Both the position numbers and the translations under genes were made by a program. Under the pieces are notes generated by a model. The model was not told the origin of the DNA and did no database searches. It saw only the letters and a program-made list of their open reading frames with translations. A stretch of 64,000 nt of DNA from Klebsormidium nitens (taxonomy: Eukaryota; Plantae; Klebsormidiophyceae). Where the stretch lies: the NCBI GenBank assembly GCA_000708835.1, contig DF237007.1:62001-126000 (forward strand), read 5' to 3'. Below are positions 60,610 to 64,000 of this stretch, piece after piece (within the stretch, counting starts at the first letter, position 1; each line of letters starts with the position of its first letter).

Positions 60610-61047
60610 ATGGCTCGGCCTAATGAGTCTCTGCCCGAGGTTCCTGTGAAGGAGCGACAACGCTTGATGCGAACACTGCGGGCACTCAAGCAATGGTTCC
60701 ATGAAGTTGGATACGAGTCGAACGTGCTCCTACACTTCAAGGACGGTTCAGTTCCGCCCACATGGACACTCTATGGGCGCATTGAGAGGAAGCCTCATTT
60801 GCTGTATGGTGAGCTAGGTCAGGATGATGAAATTTGGAACCGGGAGGCACCAAAGTGGAACCTCACCCCGGAGGACAGATTGAGAAGGTTTACATACAGA
60901 GAACAAATCTTTGTAGCAATTGCCGTCGTGCCAGATGCTGCCGAAAAGCCTCTGGTCGGGCTCAACGTGAGCACGGGTGAGCGCTACTGCTTTGAAGTTG
61001 ACATGTTGAATTCCTTCAAGGCGTCGACAGCAAGCTCAAGCACTTGA
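60610..61047 (+). CDS. Hypothetical 145-aa protein, no recognisable family
   Basis: ATG in good context (TTCATGGC), no internal stops and protein-like composition, but no motif recognised. It could be one exon of a larger gene. Confidence 0.5.
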   Translation: MARPNESLPEVPVKERQRLMRTLRALKQWFHEVGYESNVLLHFKDGSVPPTWTLYGRIERKPHLLYGELGQDDEIWNREAPKWNLTPEDRLRRFTYREQIFVAIAVVPDAAEKPLVGLNVSTGERYCFEVDMLNSFKASTASSST

Positions 61048-62135
61048 TAGAAGGAAGAGGCGAACGGCGAGGCGATGCGTTTGGTTGTCGGATGCAGACA
61101 AACATTGTGTCGTTCGCTAAATATTGAGGAACTTATGGTTACCTTTAAGAAAAATTTAGATCAAACAAGGTCGATAGAAATCTTCGCAAAACACCCGCAA
61201 TTATTGGAGGTAGCCTGGTCCAATCATGGAACCGATCTCTACCCTACGTCATGCAATGGACCACAATATTTTCACCCATTTATGCATGACGTCAGCGCCA
61301 TCAACCGTAACGAAGCTGTGCATTGTCATACAAACTCTCATACTGGCAATCTGGCCGTTCGAGCCCGTTCAATTACTGAATCCTGTAGCAACATCAACGT
61401 GCATTTATTCATCACTACCGTGCACATTGGCATATTGAGTAGGATGCAAAGCTGATAAGACATGTGCATGTGCCGCACATTGTCTGCTGAAGGCACGATA
61501 TCATCGTTCGAACTAAACGAGTCAACCACCGTGACCATGTTACCTTGAAGACACATCATTCAACTTATGCATGTTGAAGATGACCATGGGATAACTGCTC
61601 AGAAAAGACGGATCATAGAGTATCTGAGGCACGGGCTAAAAAGTTCTTACACAATCTGCACAAGTGAGATCGAGCTTTGCCTCCTGAAAGAGGTTTCAAC
61701 TTTTGGCTTTTCTGCATGATAATCAACTTCATTCAGTGTCTAGTGCCTTGTGGGATCTGGGCCTCAAGGCCCCTGCCTTATATTAGAAAACCCAGAATAC
61801 AGCAACTTGCTAGACATCATTGATATTCGTGCCAAGAAGCTTTCAGTTGCGCGGCTCGTGCAAGCATGCGACGGCCATTGCGGCAGCCAGTCTTACAACG
61901 AAGCAGCAAAAGCCTTGATTAGATTTTGGATCCATGGAACACTGTCCTCATCTTCTTAAAGAAGGAACGTGCTCTACTTTCGTGCCGTCTCTAAGTCAAC
62001 TCAATTGCGGACCCTAGTCTTAGCTTTGATCAAGCGCTCACATACATGCGACTGCTCTCTCTGAGACAACACACTCTTCTTCTTGATTATGTACACTTGC
62101 CGTTACAATTACAATGTACCTTCTTTCCTGTACCT

Positions 62136-63711
62136 CTACATGCGGAAGACACCGTAGCTTCCCGGTTCCGGTGGCCCGCAGTTCAGAGCTGCACTAAGAC
62201 TCAATCCCAACACGGTGCGAGTATCGGCGGGGTTGATGATCCCATCGTCCCATAAGCGAGCGCTAGCGAAGAACGGGTTGCCTTCCTTTTCGTACCCCGC
62301 TCGGATGCGCGCCTTAAAGGCCTCCTCTTCCTCCGCGCTCCACTGGAGGAAACAAGGACACGTGGCACTGAGAATGAGTCCTTTCGGGCGTGTTCGGGTT
62401 TCTTTTGATGGTAAGCGAACGTGACGGTTGCTGGTGACGAGATTGCTGGTGGCGTCAGGATGCATAGATGAGGTGACGAACGCTCTACTTCACACTGTCC
62501 GCAACCTCAAACGAATCGCGGTTCTTGGCAGGAAGGTTTCCTTCCTCAATGAATGTCACGACGAGGAAATCAAAGTGAAGTCTGCACGACAGACCATTAG
62601 GCCACACTTGGAAGCAGTGCAAAGACCGGGACCTTGCACTTGCAGTCCGGCTGGAGACGCGAGTCAAAATATCTCTGTTGACTAAGGACCGCTCTCGGCG
62701 AGACAAACAAAACTGAAATCTGAAGCAAAAGCTGACATGCTCCGCATCCGTACCCACCCTTACACTCAAACCAACCCTACCCGTCCCCCGGGCAATTTCG
62801 TTGATCAACATGGCCCTTAATCAACATGAATTGGAGAACTATTGAACCAAACCGGCTCCAGCAGTCCCACAGCATTCAGCCGCCACGAAAAGCCACGCGG
62901 AACAGGGCAAGCCTTCCCAAGACCTTCCTCGCTGAGAGTATCTGTCAGATACTGGACGACACTCAAAGAAACTTCAAATCAAGCAGTTCCCGGGGAGGAG
63001 CCGAGTGAGTCTTGAGTGTTTCCACCAACGGGCGCTGCTGATCGAAAGGCGAAGCGGTAATCCGGCCGTGGCTGCGCACCTGCTTCTTGTCCCGCGCCGC
63101 CTTCTCCTTCTCGACCTGCGCGAGCACGCCCGCGGCCTGGTCCCCGCCCATGACGCTGATGCGCGCGTTGGGCCACATGAACAAAAAGTGCGGGCTGTAG
63201 GCGCGGCCGCACATGCCGTAGTTGCCCGCGCCAAAACTGCCGCCGATGATCACCGTCACCTTCGGGACCTGCGGTTAGGAGATCGGTTAGCTTAACAGCA
63301 GGTAAAGGGAGAGAGTTGGTGGTGACGTGGGCGTGTGAGAAAGTGGGCAGGTAAGAAGTGGGGTCGTAGACCTTCTATCCTACTTGCCGATGTCCGCTTG
63401 TAAGATCGTATCGTCTCTCGCCCACTCAGTCAATTGGGAAGCGTCGGAACAATCGGGACGCAGAAACGGAGGCGTCCGTGATGTACTGGACCGGCCGGAA
63501 CGTCCGCTGTCCATTGGCGGGTATAGGTAAGCAGGGCCGGCAAAGGTTTCCGACGCGCCTTGCGCACCGGGTCAAATGCTTTGCACCACGTCAGATGCAT
63601 CTGAAGCACGTCATGCACACGTCAGCGGGCCCTTACCTGCGCGCACGCGACCGCCATGACCATCTTGGCACCCGCCTTCGCGATGCCGGACGCCTCAGCC
63701 TTGGTGCCGAC
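62136..63711 (-). CDS. MCCB: Methylcrotonoyl-CoA carboxylase beta chain, 5'-partial (last three exons)
   Basis: Exons 63711-63637 ([25 protein letters not shown]), 63268-63080 ([49 protein letters not shown]) and 62342-62136 ([27 protein letters not shown]...YGVFRM*), all phase 0. Confidence 0.95.
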
Positions 63712-64000
63712 CTGCGTGCAAGAGGAAACCGTTCCGTTTGCGTATCACTTTTGCAATTCCGTACTTAGACCCCTCTGTCTCTCGGCGCACTATCCGCAAG
63801 AAACCTGACGATCAATTTCTATCGGACGAAATTCAAATAACCCGTTGAGAACAGTTTCCTTAACGCGCGATGCATTACGCAACCGAATTCCTTGGGAAAA
63901 ACTCGCCAACGTAAATCTGGAGGGGACTCCGGGCAGATACATCGATGCCCAGAGTCCCGCACTGCCATGGCAGGTCCGAGAAAGATCGGAAAGTAAAGGG

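Noticed and set aside
61075-61455. 126-aa + strand ORF after the orphan gene
   Set aside because: AT-rich, no motif; most likely 3' UTR or intergenic sequence.

Overview
Eukaryotic nuclear DNA from a compact, intron-rich green-lineage genome. GC-rich exons, GT-AG introns with CTGAC-type branch points, plastid transit peptides and the gene content fit a streptophyte alga such as Klebsormidium; this is an inference, not a lookup. I reconstructed spliced models by hand, checking that intron phases and total lengths are consistent. In order: MSBP/cytochrome-b5-like steroid-binding gene (-, runs off the left edge); a frameshifted pseudogene plus an intact intronless paralog of an unknown 3-TM membrane protein with an internally duplicated 2-Cys domain (+); a very divergent, ~1220-aa Mg-chelatase ChlD-like gene (-); a probable plastid PI4K-II/Four-jointed-like pseudokinase whose last intron holds a tandem array of duplicated splice acceptors (+); an ARM-like/MYND zinc-finger gene (+); a soluble Osm1/Frd1-type fumarate reductase (-); a small predicted plastid membrane protein (+); a decayed SNF2-family helicase (-); a secreted protein built from four exon-encoded 4-Cys repeat modules behind an RKLM propeptide (+); ATG11 (-); a CCDC174-like gene (+); a 145-aa orphan ORF (+); and the 3' exons of MCCB (-, runs off the right edge). 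I saw no rRNA, tRNA, CRISPR array or intact transposon. The best candidates for something undescribed are the secreted Cys-repeat protein, the degenerate expanded ChlD-like paralog paired head-to-head with the pseudokinase, and the duplicated-domain membrane protein family.
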